Assembly (NCBI GenBank): GCA_019058245.1
Contig: JAHPZJ010000029.1
Coordinates: forward strand, 29,708 to 67,186
DNA: 37,479 nucleotides
From: Promethearchaeota archaeon
Lineage (GTDB): Archaea; Asgardarchaeota; Lokiarchaeia; Sigyniarchaeales; SOKP01
Reading direction: 5' to 3'
The notes beneath the pieces were generated by a model. It saw only the letters and a program-made list of their open reading frames with translations. It searched no databases and was not told where the DNA came from. Made by a program: the position numbers and the translations under genes. Shown here piece after piece: positions 1 to 10,015 of this stretch. Every line of letters begins with the position of its first letter. Positions within the stretch are counted from its first letter, which is position 1.

Positions 1-84
1 GATCTACATGCCCTAAATCTGCGTGATCTACGTGATCAATATGATCTACATGCCCCAAATCTGCGTGATCTATGTGATCAATAT
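1..84. repeat. 42-bp tandem repeat (2 copies visible) encoding a 14-aa His/Asp unit
   Basis: 1-42 and 43-84 differ at only 2 positions; the minus strand encodes IDH(I/V)DHADLGHVD(H). Confidence 0.9.
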
Positions 85-301
85 TCTGTAGATCGTGAGT
101 TGATATTTCGGAAAGAATTGTCGAAATAATTGACATTATTATCCCACCAATAAATAAACCTAAGCAGATGCTAAATAGTAAATCATAGAAAAAATTAAAG
201 TAAAAACTAATAAATGTGAAAACTAAACCAGAAAAAACGGTTGATAGAAAAAATATATTACTTTTTCTTTTCCAATGGATAATAGATAATTTCCTAAACA
301 T
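2..301 (-). CDS. Partial membrane protein (runs off the window edge) with His/Asp-rich repeat region, possibly NfeD/YuaF-like
   Basis: Not in the ORF track. ATG at 301 stays open to position 2: MFRKLSIIHWKRKSNIFFLSTVFSGLVFTFISFYFNFFYDLLFSICLGLFIGGIIMSIISTILSEISTHDLQNIDHIDHADLGHVDHIDHVDHADLGHVD. Two hydrophobic segments are followed by DH repeats. Confidence 0.75.
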   Translation of the reverse strand, partial: MFRKLSIIHWKRKSNIFFLSTVFSGLVFTFISFYFNFFYDLLFSICLGLFIGGIIMSIISTILSEISTHDLQNIDHIDHADLGHVDHIDHVDHADLGHVD

Positions 302-357
302 TTTTGTTTTCACTTATTATTTAATATCTAATTTTAATTTAAAATTCTAATCATATT

Positions 358-867
358 TCAAGATGATAATCTAATTCCACATTGATGGCAAAAAACGGCA
401 TCTCTATCAATTTTCGCTCCACAGAATCTACAAAAATTAATACTTTCCCCTAATAGGATATCAGGTTTAACCTCCTTAATTCCTTGTTCTACAAATTCAT
501 TTTGATTATGAACAGACTTATGAACTATATAAGGATTAATTGTTAGGTATTGACTCTGAGGTTCAGGTAGACTCTGAAATTTAGAATTATATGATTTCAA
601 GTTCTGTTCTTTTGGTTTCTTGTATGTCTCATTCATGGAAATTGAAATTGCACCAATGCAAATTATCATTAAAATAATGAAAACAAATCCACTTATTATA
701 GGTACTGTTGGAAAACTAAATCTATTAAGTCCAAATATACGAAACATGAAAAAAAACATTAAACCAAAAAGAACTAGTGCAAAAACCACAGCGGCAAGAA
801 TATTCCCTGACCGAGATCTATAGCTAGTTTTTCTGTTATTAGGCACAATTATTGGGACAAAAGCCAT
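358..867 (-). CDS. Membrane protein with C-terminal zinc ribbon
   Basis: Two hydrophobic helices; C-terminal CRFCG...CHQCG. Confidence 0.8.
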   Translation of the reverse strand: MAFVPIIVPNNRKTSYRSRSGNILAAVVFALVLFGLMFFFMFRIFGLNRFSFPTVPIISGFVFIILMIICIGAISISMNETYKKPKEQNLKSYNSKFQSLPEPQSQYLTINPYIVHKSVHNQNEFVEQGIKEVKPDILLGESINFCRFCGAKIDRDAVFCHQCGIRLSS

Positions 868-1214
868 TTTTTTTAACGCCTTATTATATTTCTTTATATT
901 TTTATATATTTATTTCGATATTTAATATTTCATTATATACTGATATATTTAAATGTTATGATATTCACAAAAATTTATAGAATAAGCTGATAGCTTTTAA
1001 ATACTAGTATTGAAATATATATATTATTATATATGATCAAATAAAGTTTAGGAGGATATAAGTATTTCTTTTCAATATATAACTTTATATATTCGAAAAT
1101 ATATTTTTTAAAACCATTTTGACCTTTTATAAATAAAATTAAACTTTATATAATATAAAGATATATATTCATTTTAAGAAGTTATTATAAATAAGAATAT
1201 AAGAGAGGTTTTTA

Positions 1215-1970
1215 ATGGCAAAACAAATCGAAAAAACTAAAGAAGAAAAAATTGAGATTGAAAAAGATGAGATAAAAGAACCTGAACCAAAAGATAAACC
1301 GATTTATGTTAAGGTGAGCGATGAGACAAGAAATTTGATTGATGAATATAAAGATCAAGGAACTACCATATCTGATCTCGTTAAAAATGCTGTAAAATGC
1401 TATGATGATTTTAATTCAATCTCTCCAGAAGTGCAAGCTATAATAAAAAAATATAAGGAAGAAGATGAAAACGAGATATTATTTGTAGAACGAGCAATCA
1501 AATATTATGGAGAACAGAAAAATCTTGATAGAGATCTTTGGGTACGTGCTAGAGATGAAATGAAAATGATGCTGATAGGAAAAACAACATTTAACCAACT
1601 TATACATGCCGCTGAAATACCAGAAGAAAGTTTGGATAAACCATGGCGGAAAAATGTAGCAATTGATTTAATTCTATGGTATAACGATTCCAAACCACTT
1701 AAAAGTCTTAGTATAGAAGAAATTATAGGTACAATACAAAAGGTTTGGGTTGTCGCAAATTACTTCCACACTATTGATGTAAACAAAGAAAGTGCTGATG
1801 AATTTCATATGCTTTTCAGACATCGGCAAAATAAGCGATATGGTACATATTGGTTAGGATATTTTACAGAATTATTTACTTCTGAAGAAATGCCGTTTAA
1901 ATGTGAAGTTGAAGGCCAAGCTTTTGATGAATCTATTTCATTAACATTAAAAATTGGATATGAAAAATAA
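1215..1970 (+). CDS. Putative regulator: ribbon-helix-helix-like N-terminus plus V4R-like C-terminal domain
   Basis: IYVKVSDETRNLID...TISDLVKNAV fits a beta-helix-helix pattern; C-terminal alpha/beta region with YW.GYF.ELF; GAGAGG SD-like motif upstream. Confidence 0.5.
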   Translation: MAKQIEKTKEEKIEIEKDEIKEPEPKDKPIYVKVSDETRNLIDEYKDQGTTISDLVKNAVKCYDDFNSISPEVQAIIKKYKEEDENEILFVERAIKYYGEQKNLDRDLWVRARDEMKMMLIGKTTFNQLIHAAEIPEESLDKPWRKNVAIDLILWYNDSKPLKSLSIEEIIGTIQKVWVVANYFHTIDVNKESADEFHMLFRHRQNKRYGTYWLGYFTELFTSEEMPFKCEVEGQAFDESISLTLKIGYEK

Positions 1971-1980
1971 AAGTAAATTA

Positions 1981-2001
1981 TTTAATTCAATTTGAATTAA
2001 A
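1981..2001. terminator. Perfect inverted repeat just downstream of the 1215-1970 gene (terminator or operator)
   Basis: TTTAATTCAA-T-TTGAATTAAA. Confidence 0.4.
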
Positions 2002-2200
2002 AACCATTCTATTTCAAATTAGAGCCTGATATTTCTTTAATATCCTTTAAATTTTTCATAATCCTCTCTTTTATCCCAATTATAAAATTCTGCTATAATT
2101 CTAATAATCCTAAGTAAACCTTAAAAAGAATTAATTAAAGATTACCCATATATAATTATTTAAAAAAATTCTTCAAATTAAATAAAAAAGGAAAAAAATT

Positions 2201-2962
2201 ATGTCAAAGGAAGTTTTAAGTTATGAAGTTAAAGATCAAATCGCATACCTTACTATAGATAATCCAGAAGCTAATAGATTGGATCCTCCTTTATGTAGAG
2301 CTCTAGGAGCTGCATGGGAACGTTTTGCAAATGAAAAAGAAAGTAGGGTGGCGATCCTCAGCGCTAAAGGTCCAGACTTTAGTCGAGGCGCAGATATTTA
2401 TGTTGAAGGTTTATTAAAAGATCTTCTTAAAGCATTTCCACCAAATGGTACTAAAATCTTGAAACCCATTATAGGAGCTGTCCATGGAAATGTTATTGGG
2501 AGTGGATATGGAGTAGGAGTTATAGGCACAGATATAACCTATGCTACAGAAGATGCTAAATTTATCTTTGGTGAGGTTTATGTTGGAATAGTTGGAGCAG
2601 TTGTAGATTATAGACCTTATATGCCCTTTAAAGCATCTATGGAATTTTATATGTCAGGAAAACCATTAAGTGCTCAACGAGCTTATGAATTAGGGTTAAT
2701 CAATGGTGTAACAAAAAATAAAGAAGAGCTCATGAAAGAAGCTATCAAAATGGCAGAAACTCTGCGTGATAATGCACCATTATCATTAAGGGCAATCAAA
2801 TATGGACATTATAAGATCATGGAAAATGAACAAAGAAAAGCAATGCGTATAGCACAACAGGAATTTAATGCTTTTATACAACCTCAATTAGTTAGCGAAG
2901 ATTTCAAGGAAGGTAAAGCAGCACTTAAGGAAAATAGGAAACCAGTATTCAAAGGTCGCTAA
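2201..2962 (+). CDS. Enoyl-CoA hydratase/isomerase family protein
   Basis: Crotonase motifs DFSRGADI, KPIIGAVHG, SAQRAYELGLIN and EDFKEG...ENRKPVFKGR. Confidence 0.92.
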   Translation: MSKEVLSYEVKDQIAYLTIDNPEANRLDPPLCRALGAAWERFANEKESRVAILSAKGPDFSRGADIYVEGLLKDLLKAFPPNGTKILKPIIGAVHGNVIGSGYGVGVIGTDITYATEDAKFIFGEVYVGIVGAVVDYRPYMPFKASMEFYMSGKPLSAQRAYELGLINGVTKNKEELMKEAIKMAETLRDNAPLSLRAIKYGHYKIMENEQRKAMRIAQQEFNAFIQPQLVSEDFKEGKAALKENRKPVFKGR

Positions 2963-3004
2963 AGCTTCGAATTACTATTTTTTTTAATATCAGATTTAAT
3001 AATT

Positions 3005-5518
3005 TTAATTTTTTTCTTTTTCTAACCTCTCAATATCTACTAACAACCTTTGTTTTTTTTCCATCGATTCTTTTCTTGTCTCCACCCTGCAAAAACACGT
3101 CTGGGTTGCTTGAGTTCCTCTTTCTGAATACTCCCGTGCTAAATCATATTGACCAAGATCTTTATAACATTTTGCTAGTAGATAGTAAGTATTATATGTA
3201 AACCAACCTAATGGATCAAGTTTTAATGCTTTCTGAAGATATTTTATAGCTTCCTCATATTCTCCAAATTCTGTTAAGACTTCTCCAAATGAGTCGTGAA
3301 AATTTCCATTTTCAGGATCGTGCTTAATTAATAGGTTCCCTACTTTTATTGCCTCCTCTTTTTCCCCTTTATATAAATGGTAATAAAGCTTGTTGTTCAA
3401 TATATCAAGATCATCAGGATACTTTTCCCATAATTCATCAATGATTTCTAAACATTTATCATATCTCATCAATTTCTTATATAAATAAGCTTTGTGTGTT
3501 GTAAGTTTGATCTCCTTCTCGGGAAAAAGTTTTATTCCCTCCTCCACTAACTCTATAGCCTCATCGATTTTTCCATAATCATATAATATAAAATACTTCA
3601 TAAGGTGTATAGAAAAAGATTTAGGATCCCAATCAAGGGCAGTTTCAATTGATTCAAGAGCTTCTTCAAATTTCTTTAAATGATTTAAAAAAAGAGCTTT
3701 AACATAGAGATAATTCGCCTTATTTTTTATGTTCTCCTCTAAAGAAATTGCTGTATCAATGTCCATTAAAACCTCCTCTATTTTTAAGCTTTCTACATCT
3801 ATTGCATCATAAATAATTTTATAACCTTCAATTAAAGCTCTTGTTATATACAATAAGGGATGGTCTGGATACAACTTTCCTATCTTATCACTCATTTCAA
3901 GAGCCTTATCAAACTCAGCTAAGGTTAGATAATTATAAACTAATATGTAATGATAAGGAATAAAAATATCCTCATCATTTTTATTTGGATGTTTTTCAAA
4001 TTCCGTTTTCAGGAGACGAATACCTTCTTGATGACGATTTGAGATACTCAATATAATTGATTTCAAGAAAAGAAAATTTATATTTTCAGGCTTAGTTTTA
4101 ATCTTATAATCAATTTCATTTAAAACACCCTCAAATCCTCCCTTCATCATCTTGTGCTTTGCTTCTTCAAAAATCTTTTCAAGTTTAGGATTTGAGAAAA
4201 TATCCAAGACCTGTAATACTGTAAAATCGATATAATACTTGAATTGGGCTTGCTCAGCTAAATTATACTTAGAGCCATATGATTGAAACACCTCGGGAAT
4301 ATCTCGCCATGCTACACCCTCTAACTTATCGAGGGTATCCATTAACCTACCCTCTGATTCTATTCTGTAAGCTAAATATTTAATATAATCTGGTAAAAAT
4401 ACGCGTAAGGCATCTTTCAGTTCAGTATTAAATAAATTATCACAAATTTCTTCTAAAATAGATTCAATAATATGGCTTAAACTCAGTGTAGGTGTCCCAT
4501 TAGGTGTGTTCTCATAGAGTTTATTCAAATAAGTAAATTTTGTAACATAATCTTCTGTGATGGCACTCAAAACCTTTTCATTTTTCTCATTTGCTTGAAA
4601 ATAGTAAGTCTTTTCTTCATCAACTACTAAGCGAAAGAATTTAACAGGATACACATTCTTCTCAACTATTTGACGAATATTAAATTTTAGATCTATTGTA
4701 TCAATTTTATATTCCTCTGAAAAATCTTTAACTGATATGTAAAATGGATATTGATTGGGATGATTCATAGTAAGAAATAATAAGACTTTATTGAATTGTT
4801 CCTCAGAATCTATAGATCCTCTTAAATTAGCAAATGGCATCTTTAATATATTATTTAAAAACCGAAATTTGATATCTGCATCTTCTATATGATACTTCTC
4901 AAAGAATCTAATTGTTTTTTTCGTAATATCCTCAATTCGGTTACTTTCTTCATCCAAAATAGATTGTCGATCTAGATCATATAGTTTCAACATTCTAGAA
5001 TATTCTGCTTTACCATTTTGTGTAATCCTATATTTTTTATCTTCTTTTTTAAAAAGTTCCCTTTTATGAAGTTCAAGCAGATTTTTTGATAAGCTAGATT
5101 GATTTATTTTAAGAGGTTCCTCAACAAAATCCGACCATTTACAAAATGTATTATTATAAATCATCCATAAAATCCAATGATCATAATTTCTGGTGTTAGT
5201 TATTGCTTTTGGTGGATAATTTAATTTTCGCTCTTTTTTCGCTTTAGATATTCTATTGTATCGTTCCTCTCCTTTAGGAGTGATTTTATAAACTCCTCTT
5301 TCCACTTTCTCCACATATTCATCCAATCTCAACGATTTGAGATAATAGGATAAGGTTGATTGAGCAATACCAACTGGATCCTCTTTAAAATCAGACCATT
5401 CTACAAGATCATTATTTCTTAGCATCCAAAGAATAATATGTTCAATATTTTGCCGAGTCTCCATACCCGTGTGTAATATCTCATCAGGAGGATAATTTAA
5501 TTCTTGGTGACGACTCAT
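3005..5518 (-). CDS. Tandem winged-helix plus TPR protein (putative regulator)
   Basis: ATG at 5518 (MSRHQE) is the likely start. Two homologous LNYPP...ILWM..NN...WSDF...I.QS.LS...Y.IT..G modules, followed by C-terminal TPRs. Confidence 0.8.
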   Translation of the reverse strand: MSRHQELNYPPDEILHTGMETRQNIEHIILWMLRNNDLVEWSDFKEDPVGIAQSTLSYYLKSLRLDEYVEKVERGVYKITPKGEERYNRISKAKKERKLNYPPKAITNTRNYDHWILWMIYNNTFCKWSDFVEEPLKINQSSLSKNLLELHKRELFKKEDKKYRITQNGKAEYSRMLKLYDLDRQSILDEESNRIEDITKKTIRFFEKYHIEDADIKFRFLNNILKMPFANLRGSIDSEEQFNKVLLFLTMNHPNQYPFYISVKDFSEEYKIDTIDLKFNIRQIVEKNVYPVKFFRLVVDEEKTYYFQANEKNEKVLSAITEDYVTKFTYLNKLYENTPNGTPTLSLSHIIESILEEICDNLFNTELKDALRVFLPDYIKYLAYRIESEGRLMDTLDKLEGVAWRDIPEVFQSYGSKYNLAEQAQFKYYIDFTVLQVLDIFSNPKLEKIFEEAKHKMMKGGFEGVLNEIDYKIKTKPENINFLFLKSIILSISNRHQEGIRLLKTEFEKHPNKNDEDIFIPYHYILVYNYLTLAEFDKALEMSDKIGKLYPDHPLLYITRALIEGYKIIYDAIDVESLKIEEVLMDIDTAISLEENIKNKANYLYVKALFLNHLKKFEEALESIETALDWDPKSFSIHLMKYFILYDYGKIDEAIELVEEGIKLFPEKEIKLTTHKAYLYKKLMRYDKCLEIIDELWEKYPDDLDILNNKLYYHLYKGEKEEAIKVGNLLIKHDPENGNFHDSFGEVLTEFGEYEEAIKYLQKALKLDPLGWFTYNTYYLLAKCYKDLGQYDLAREYSERGTQATQTCFCRVETRKESMEKKQRLLVDIERLEKEKN

Positions 5519-5715
5519 AAAAATACATCTTAATACTATAATAAATAGATAGTAACAAGTTTTATTTAAAAGTTTCGAGTTCAGTTTGTTTTGTGAACTA
5601 CAATTAGAGTACAAACTACATCTGAACTTTATGTAACAAAACTATATTTAAACCATTTTCTTTAATTAAATTAACAGAATAAAAAATAAATAATAAAATT
5701 TAGTGTGAAAAAAAT

Positions 5716-5964
5716 ATGGCTCAAGTAAAAAGAAATAAGGATGTAAGAAAAAATTGTGTTGATGTTGAAAAGGTTATTAATGATCTCTTGGAAAGTTCTA
5801 AAAGAGAAGATGTCATAGAAGTAAAGGAGCCAAGTCAACCTAGTGAGTTAAATAAAAAACTTTCGAAATTTTATTCAAAATATAATGCCAAATTTCATCA
5901 AGAATTAATTCCCATTGAAAAGATTAAATATAAATATATTTACAGGAATTTTCCAATTTATTAA
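5716..5964 (+). CDS. Small hypothetical protein (82 aa)
   Basis: ATG ORF divergent from the TPR gene, with protein-like composition. Confidence 0.55.
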   Translation: MAQVKRNKDVRKNCVDVEKVINDLLESSKREDVIEVKEPSQPSELNKKLSKFYSKYNAKFHQELIPIEKIKYKYIYRNFPIY

Positions 5965-6318
5965 ACAGTTGAACTTAAAGAAAGCTTGTCTACAAGTTGT
6001 TGAAACTGTAGAATAATTTTTTTAGAAAATTATCCTTCTCTATGTAATCTTTAGGTAAAGATTTCAGATTTTTTTATAAAAAATTATATTTTATTCTTTC
6101 AAAAATATGTTTAATGTAATTATTGAATTATAATTCTCTCTTTTAATTTCCATAAATTTTATTTTGATTTTCTAAAGTAGAAGAGCAATTGGTTTAAAAC
6201 TTCAATATAAAGAATATATGAGTTATAAAGTGCTTTAAAAATAAAATTCGAATCATTTTTATTAATTGATATTTTATCACATAGAAATTAAATTTTTTAA
6301 AAAATGTGAAAAAAAAAA

Positions 6319-7137
6319 ATGGAAAAGCGACATATATTACCAGCAATTCTTTCAATTATTCTTACCATAGCGGCAATTGGCCTCTCCTTTCTACCGCTCA
6401 GGGATGGATTTGACTTCGATGCAATCCCTTTATATCCTGGGAATGCTTTATCGGATATAATACTAGTAATGGTAATTCCCTATCTGATAGTTTTTGTAAT
6501 CCTCTTTCTTGGACCATTTATTGTTATTTTCTTTATCAAAATACACAAAATTATGAAACTAAATAAATATGATTATTTCATTGTAAAAAATGAGAAGAAG
6601 TTACCTGGATTGAGAATTATACTCCGAGCATTATTTCCAGGATTATTAGCAGTAAACATTGGAATATACGTAGGTCTATCTAGTACTCTTGCTTCGTGGA
6701 TTGTAACTGATCCTAATAATCTTTTTGGAGCTGTGGAATATGGCGCTGTTATTTTTGGAATGCCTATTGCAACGATTTTGATCTTACCTCTCTGGATGTT
6801 AGAATCATCTGGTTTGATAGGTAAGAAACGTGTTGAGCAATATAATCGTCCTGTCAGTCCCGATATTGAAGGTGTTGGACAATTTTACCTTCAGATGATA
6901 AAAGGATATGTTGGTATTTCAACGGTTGTAGCCTACACTACGGTTATAATTACGGTTTATGAAATGGGTGGAGCAGATCTTTACTTATTATTTGTTGATC
7001 CACTTATAGTAATGTTTTTATTATTGCCGGCGTCTTTATTAGTAGAAATAAGAGTTATGAAGACAAACAGTCAATTAAATAGATTCTATGAGAAATTACA
7101 ATTGGATACTACTCCAAAAACTATAAAAATAGAATAA
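6319..7137 (+). CDS. Hypothetical integral membrane protein
   Basis: About 6 hydrophobic segments; followed by a long T tract. Confidence 0.75.
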   Translation: MEKRHILPAILSIILTIAAIGLSFLPLRDGFDFDAIPLYPGNALSDIILVMVIPYLIVFVILFLGPFIVIFFIKIHKIMKLNKYDYFIVKNEKKLPGLRIILRALFPGLLAVNIGIYVGLSSTLASWIVTDPNNLFGAVEYGAVIFGMPIATILILPLWMLESSGLIGKKRVEQYNRPVSPDIEGVGQFYLQMIKGYVGISTVVAYTTVIITVYEMGGADLYLLFVDPLIVMFLLLPASLLVEIRVMKTNSQLNRFYEKLQLDTTPKTIKIE

Positions 7138-7175
7138 TTTTATTTTTTTTTTTTTTTAAAAAAAAAAAAATTATT
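7138..7175 (+). terminator. Poly-T tract followed by poly-A (archaeal-type terminator)
   Basis: Long T run directly after the stop codon at 7137, then an A run. Confidence 0.45.
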
Positions 7176-7405
7176 TAATCTTTTTAAGCTTTAAATATTA
7201 GTTTCAGACCTTTTTATAAAAAATGTCCTTCTAATATATTCTAAATCACATGAAAACATACTTAAACCGAGAATTAGAGAATAGGAGAAAAAATTTTAAA
7301 AATACAATAAAATTGGATAGAAAAATTTACATTTTTGGATAGAACAAACTCATAAAAACAGAAAGTTTTTTTATACAATCATATCTTAGCTATTAACTAA
7401 CATAG

Positions 7406-8215
7406 ATGGAGAATCAAACTATGCTAACAGGAGAAAAACATCTACTCTTAATCTTAAAGGAAAATGGCAAGTTGCCTTTGGGAGGGGCTGGGATGGGCCT
7501 TAAAAATTGGTGTCCAAGTTCAGTTCTTACAGATTTAAGATTGAGAGGAAAAATTGAATTATTTGATTCAGGGAAAAAAAAAAAACCAGTGCATATAAGA
7601 GCCATTGATGAAAAATCCGCAGAACATCCACTCTTAGACGAATACCTAGAAATAATTAAGGATTTTAAAAATAAAAAAGGAGAAACAACTCAATCTGTTG
7701 TTGATTGGGTAAAATGGTTTCGAGATAAGTATAAAAAGAAGGGTTATACAGAACGAGCTTTATGGGAAAGCCTTGAAAAACAAGGAATTATTAAAAATCA
7801 GGGCAAAAATCATAAGATTTTAAAACCGGAAATAAAGAAGGAACTCTATAATGATGTACGCTTGGTTTGTATGCATAAAAAGGAACCAGATGAAGAATTG
7901 AAGGCATTAACGGCATTTGCCAAATATGGTCATGGATGGAGATATTATGCTAGTAGAACTGAGCGAGATATTCCTTATTCCAAAGCACTTATTCGAACAC
8001 AAATCATTCCAACGATTACATTCTTCGATATTGTAGTAGAGAAGAGAAAGGCTATTGCGGGAGGAGTGACTGCTGGGACAGCAACAATTAGCACAGCTGG
8101 AGCATCTGTATTAGTGAGTTCAGAATATGGAGTAGATACATTAGTAAAAGGAAAGAGTACTACTGAAGCTTCGAATAATCTGGATAAAGCAATGACAAAT
8201 ATTAAGAAAAAATAA
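7406..8215 (+). CDS. GPP34/GOLPH3 (Vps74)-family protein
   Basis: LTGEKHLLLIL..NGK, VLTDLRLRGKI, HPLLDEYLEII and L.ESLEKQGII match the GPP34 family pattern. Confidence 0.7.
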   Translation: MENQTMLTGEKHLLLILKENGKLPLGGAGMGLKNWCPSSVLTDLRLRGKIELFDSGKKKKPVHIRAIDEKSAEHPLLDEYLEIIKDFKNKKGETTQSVVDWVKWFRDKYKKKGYTERALWESLEKQGIIKNQGKNHKILKPEIKKELYNDVRLVCMHKKEPDEELKALTAFAKYGHGWRYYASRTERDIPYSKALIRTQIIPTITFFDIVVEKRKAIAGGVTAGTATISTAGASVLVSSEYGVDTLVKGKSTTEASNNLDKAMTNIKKK

Positions 8216-8422
8216 GGATTAAATCAATCTCTTTTTTTGTTGTAGTATTTTTAATTCTTATAAAAATTATCAGAAATCAATGAAGTGTATTAAAAAAAAG
8301 ATTTTTTGAGATGAACAAGTTAATAAGTTCATTCGAAGTTTCGAGTTAACTTTATATTCCCAAATTAAGTCAAAAATTGAAGAACCCTATAAAAATATAG
8401 ATTATAATAGAAAGTCTTTATT

Positions 8423-9187
8423 TTAATTTATTGAATTAAAATACATTTGGGTTAAGTTATAAAATGCGTCGTCAACTTTTTCACCTGTTTTGGCAGAAGT
8501 TAGAAAGTAATCTAAATGTAATCTCTCGGCTTCAGATTTTATGTCATCTTCACTTACTGATAATTCTTCAGTTAAATCTGACTTATTTCCAATTATAATG
8601 AATGGTATTTCATATGATATCGATTTTAAAGTCTCACGGATCCATTTTTCAACATGATCCAATGATTTTTTTCGAGTTCTGTCTACTAATACCAATCCAA
8701 TTTGAGCACCTTGATAAAATTGATTCTTATAAGGTGCCATTTGAATAACTTGACCCCCAATATCCCAAATTACCAGTGTTATGTCCGATTCATCAATTTT
8801 TATTTCCTTTTTAGAAACTTTTAAGTGAAGAGTTGGTAAATAACTCTCTTCAAAAGAATTTTCTATAAATTGTTTTGTAATAGCCGTCTTTCCTACCTTA
8901 TAATCTCCAATAACAATTACTTTTAGGGCATATTTTCCTTTCGGAATCTTTTTTTTAATATTGAGTTCATAATCTACTTTTTGATATCCTCTTACGATAA
9001 AATTTTTATCCACAAATGCTTGGAAATGATGTTCACATATTTGGTCCTTTTGTATTGATATTGTTGCTAGTCTTTTTGCCAGACTAATTATTGATGTAGA
9101 TATATTAATTTCTTTTGTAGCTTTACAAGTTGGACAAGTAAATCTTATTAACCTTTCAGTGATCTCATCGCTATTTTTATCTGAAAT
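8423..9187 (-). CDS. Rab-like small GTPase with N-terminal Cys/His metal-binding domain
   Basis: G1 GDYKVGKT, G3 WDIGGQ, G4 NKSD, G5 SAK. The frame is open 58 codons upstream of the called GTG (CPTC...CEHHFQAFVDKNF), back to an ATT at 9187 preceded by GAGGGG. Confidence 0.85.
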   Translation of the reverse strand: MSDKNSDEITERLIRFTCPTCKATKEINISTSIISLAKRLATISIQKDQICEHHFQAFVDKNFIVRGYQKVDYELNIKKKIPKGKYALKVIVIGDYKVGKTAITKQFIENSFEESYLPTLHLKVSKKEIKIDESDITLVIWDIGGQVIQMAPYKNQFYQGAQIGLVLVDRTRKKSLDHVEKWIRETLKSISYEIPFIIIGNKSDLTEELSVSEDDIKSEAERLHLDYFLTSAKTGEKVDDAFYNLTQMYFNSIN

Positions 9188-9420
9188 AGTTTATTTTCCC
9201 CTCTTTTATTTATTCAAACATATTGGAATCGAATTAAAAAATGTTCTAATTTTTTGATATTAGATTTTTGCATTTATTATAAAAAAATTGATATTTAAAA
9301 TTTGCATTTTCGAAATTTCCTATTGAAATTTAATACTCATTTTTAACAACTTATAAAAAAATGATAAATTTCAATTGTTCAAATAACGAAATAAAAATCG
9401 AAGAATAAATAAAAGAAAGT

Positions 9421-9504
9421 AGTGAATTTTTTCACACTATAAACACGTTTAAATAGCTCATTAAATACATTATACATAAGAAGTTGTGAAAAAAAAATTC
9501 ACAA
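9421..9504. promoter_or_regulatory. Two GTGAA/TTCAC inverted repeats upstream of thioredoxin (putative operator)
   Basis: GTGAA-N4-TTCAC at 9422 and TTGTGAA-N7-TTCACAA at 9484-9504, flanking a TTTAAATA box. Confidence 0.45.
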
Positions 9505-9546
9505 AAAATCAAAAAACAAAAAAACTCTAGAATTCGTGAAAATTAA

Positions 9547-9954
9547 ATGCAAGAAGCAGACGAGAATTTAGAAAAATTAAGGCTGAAAAAAGCTGAAAAA
9601 TTAGTAAAACGTCAAACAATGCCAACAAACATTATAGAGATAAAATCAGTTGAAGAATTTAATACATTGATAAAAAATTACCCAGATAAAATAATTATTA
9701 TAGATTTTTGGGCAGTTTGGTGCGGACCTTGCATGTTTTTTGCTCCAATATTTAAAAAACTTCAGGAAGAATATCATAAAGATTTTATCTTTGTTAAAGT
9801 GAATGTAGATGAAAATCCTCCATTAGCGATGAAATATCAAATCACAGGAATTCCCACTACATTATTCGTTAAAAATGATGAAATTGTGAATAAGATTGTT
9901 GGTTCGATGAATTACGATGGCATGAAAAAAGTATTAGATAAATTAAAACAATAA
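9547..9954 (+). CDS. trxA: Thioredoxin
   Basis: IIDFWAVWCGPC active site and GIPT cis-Pro motif. Confidence 0.95.
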   Translation: MQEADENLEKLRLKKAEKLVKRQTMPTNIIEIKSVEEFNTLIKNYPDKIIIIDFWAVWCGPCMFFAPIFKKLQEEYHKDFIFVKVNVDENPPLAMKYQITGIPTTLFVKNDEIVNKIVGSMNYDGMKKVLDKLKQ

Positions 9955-10015
9955 TTAGATCTAAATCTATTCTTTTTTTCTTTTAATTTTATTTAATTTT
10001 TTGAGTTGATAAATA

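Noticed and set aside
1-84. Repeat as a CRISPR array
   Set aside because: Contiguous units with no spacers, in frame within a CDS.
868-1214. AT-rich spacer with TATA-like palindromes as a replication origin
   Set aside because: No ORB-like G-string repeats and no cdc6 gene; consistent with a divergent promoter.
5519-5614. N-terminal extension of the TPR ORF
   Set aside because: Promoter-like AT-rich sequence; the ATG at 5518 directly precedes the first domain.
7140-7170. T15/A13 run as a structured RNA
   Set aside because: Homopolymer; adequately explained as a terminator, and its length is error-prone.
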